Below are positions 62,743-64,000 of a stretch of DNA of 64,000 bases, piece by piece (the first letter of the stretch is position 1; each line of letters starts with the position of its first letter). The translations under genes were made by a program, and so were the position numbers. The stretch is from a virus. The notes beneath the pieces are model-generated. The model did not search any database. It saw only the letters and a list, made by a program, of their open reading frames with translations, and was not told the DNA's origin. The stretch covers positions 1 through 64,000 of IMG/VR virus record IMGVR_UViG_3300045988_144418; one strand, written 5' to 3'.

Positions 62743-64000
62743 ATGAGGCTGGAAACGTTAAGATTAAAGAATTTTCTCTCTTTTAAGGAATTGAACCATA
62801 CATTTCGTAATGGGGCAATCCTTATACAGGGGCGCAACCTTACGGAGGACAGTAAGGAGACAAACGGTGCAGGAAAGTCAACGATGGAAGCAGGAATCTC
62901 CTATGCGTTGATGGCCACACCACTTCGTAAGCAGACACTTGATAGAGATTTGATAAGGTGGGGTGAGGATGAAGCGGAGATTGAACTGACGGTGTTCTGT
63001 CCAGTGCGTAGTCAGCGACTACGTATATTTAGGAGGATACGTGTTAAGGGGTCAGCGACACTGGAACTGTACCTGAATGAACAGTCTGTGCAGTTTGCTT
63101 CCGTGCTGGAGGGTAATAGGTATATTCTGGACTGGATAGCGATAACACCTGAGGACTTGAAGTCCTTTTACATCCTGAACAAGGAGAACTACAAGTCATT
63201 TTTGAGCGCATCCAACACGGACAAGCTCGCTTTGATCAATCGTTTTATGAAAGCGGAGCGACTGGAGGCGGCTGATGATGTCATAAAGGAGCAAAGTGCT
63301 CCTTATGTTGAGAAGCGTGATGCGGCTCAGAGAAAGGTCTTTTCCATTGAAGGCGAATTAAACGCCTATAAGGGTCAGTTGGTCTATGAGCAGTCCCGTA
63401 ACCTTGATGAGGAGCTGGAGCAGCAGGTGGCGACGATTAACGAGCAAATAGAGCAGTATGGGCGGAAGATTCAGGCATGTGATGATGATAGTAGGCGAGT
63501 GGAGAAATCCAGGGGTGAAGTTGAAGCCGATATCACGCAGAGGAGGGAAAGCCTGGACACGGTGAAGCGGTCACTCGAAGCGATGGTCGCCGACAACAGC
63601 CTTGAACGGCAGAAGGAATCCATTAGGCAGGAGCGTCAAGGGTTGGACAATGCCGCCTTTGAAGCCAGAAACTTTCGCAGTGAGGAACATAGACAACTTG
63701 ATGAAACGAACAGAAAGTTGGCTGAACTAAACAAAATGCTTGCAGGTGTGGTCACGTGTCCACACTGTCATCACAGATTCCTACTTAATGATACGGAACG
63801 TTCTGTTGCTGAACTGGAGAATGAGAAAGTTGCTGTAACATACGATGTGGACGCTCACAGTAGTGCAATAGAGGAGGTTAATGCGGTGCTTGATGAACTT
63901 GCGGCTGATCTTTCCACTTATGACTGCAAGGAAAAGGAGCTTGCTGAAGCGATGAACAGGCGTGATGCTGAGATGTCAACATTGCGTAGGCAGGTGGCTG
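62743..64000 (+). CDS. sbcC: SbcC/Rad50-type ATPase (T4 gp46-like), 3'-truncated by the window end
   Basis: The ORF was translated by hand and is absent from the track because it has no stop. It begins MRLETLRLKNFLSFKE...NGAGKSTM (Walker A), continues as a long coiled coil, and contains a CPHC zinc-hook motif near 63760. Confidence 0.7.
   Translation, partial: MRLETLRLKNFLSFKELNHTFRNGAILIQGRNLTEDSKETNGAGKSTMEAGISYALMATPLRKQTLDRDLIRWGEDEAEIELTVFCPVRSQRLRIFRRIRVKGSATLELYLNEQSVQFASVLEGNRYILDWIAITPEDLKSFYILNKENYKSFLSASNTDKLALINRFMKAERLEAADDVIKEQSAPYVEKRDAAQRKVFSIEGELNAYKGQLVYEQSRNLDEELEQQVATINEQIEQYGRKIQACDDDSRRVEKSRGEVEADITQRRESLDTVKRSLEAMVADNSLERQKESIRQERQGLDNAAFEARNFRSEEHRQLDETNRKLAELNKMLAGVVTCPHCHHRFLLNDTERSVAELENEKVAVTYDVDAHSSAIEEVNAVLDELAADLSTYDCKEKELAEAMNRRDAEMSTLRRQVA

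Noticed and set aside
1-64000. Integrase/attP lysogeny module and global stop-codon reassignment
   Set aside because: No ORF shows tyrosine or serine recombinase motifs. Long ORFs terminate normally at TAA, TAG and TGA with the standard code. The single in-frame TAG at 21904 is reported separately.

Overview
The window is most of the genome of a contractile-tailed dsDNA phage, possibly a phage-plasmid. The host is probably a Bacteroidota bacterium: promoters match the TAnnTTTG -7 box, BACON-type domains are present, and Shine-Dalgarno sequences are almost absent. Layout: (1) 1-4213 is mostly a minus-strand accessory block of small proteins, a secreted protein and a Rep_3-like initiator. (2) 4214-5244 is about 1 kb of non-coding control and origin DNA with 22-bp iterons, GGTTATAG repeats, long hairpins and a tRNA-like 3' fragment. 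(3) 5245-42351 is one plus-strand virion module: portal, MuF-like protein, Nudix protein, prohead protease, scaffold, major capsid, connector proteins, BACON-repeat decoration or whisker proteins, sheath, tube, chaperones, tape measure, M15-peptidase hub, spike, baseplate, a lysis-like pair and fibres. (4) 42383-64000 is a DNA packaging, replication and nucleotide-metabolism module: HNH nuclease, DnaQ-like exonuclease, TerL, DnaB-like helicase, primase, dUTPase, kinases, ThyA-fold enzyme, HD hydrolase, DnaE, RecA, SbcD and a 3'-truncated SbcC. The most notable observations are: a BACON beta-sandwich domain split exactly at gene boundaries across four consecutive virion proteins; a candidate thymidine (5-hmdU) hypermodification cassette next to the phage DnaE; a 144-aa mini-intein in the TerL Walker A motif; a plasmid-type Rep/iteron replicon coexisting with a full phage replisome; a recurring NR[RK]LxRVGQxY peptide motif in two large head-module proteins; and a conserved 15-nt element abutting the start codons of four genes. 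All functional calls come from motif recognition by eye. No database search was run.
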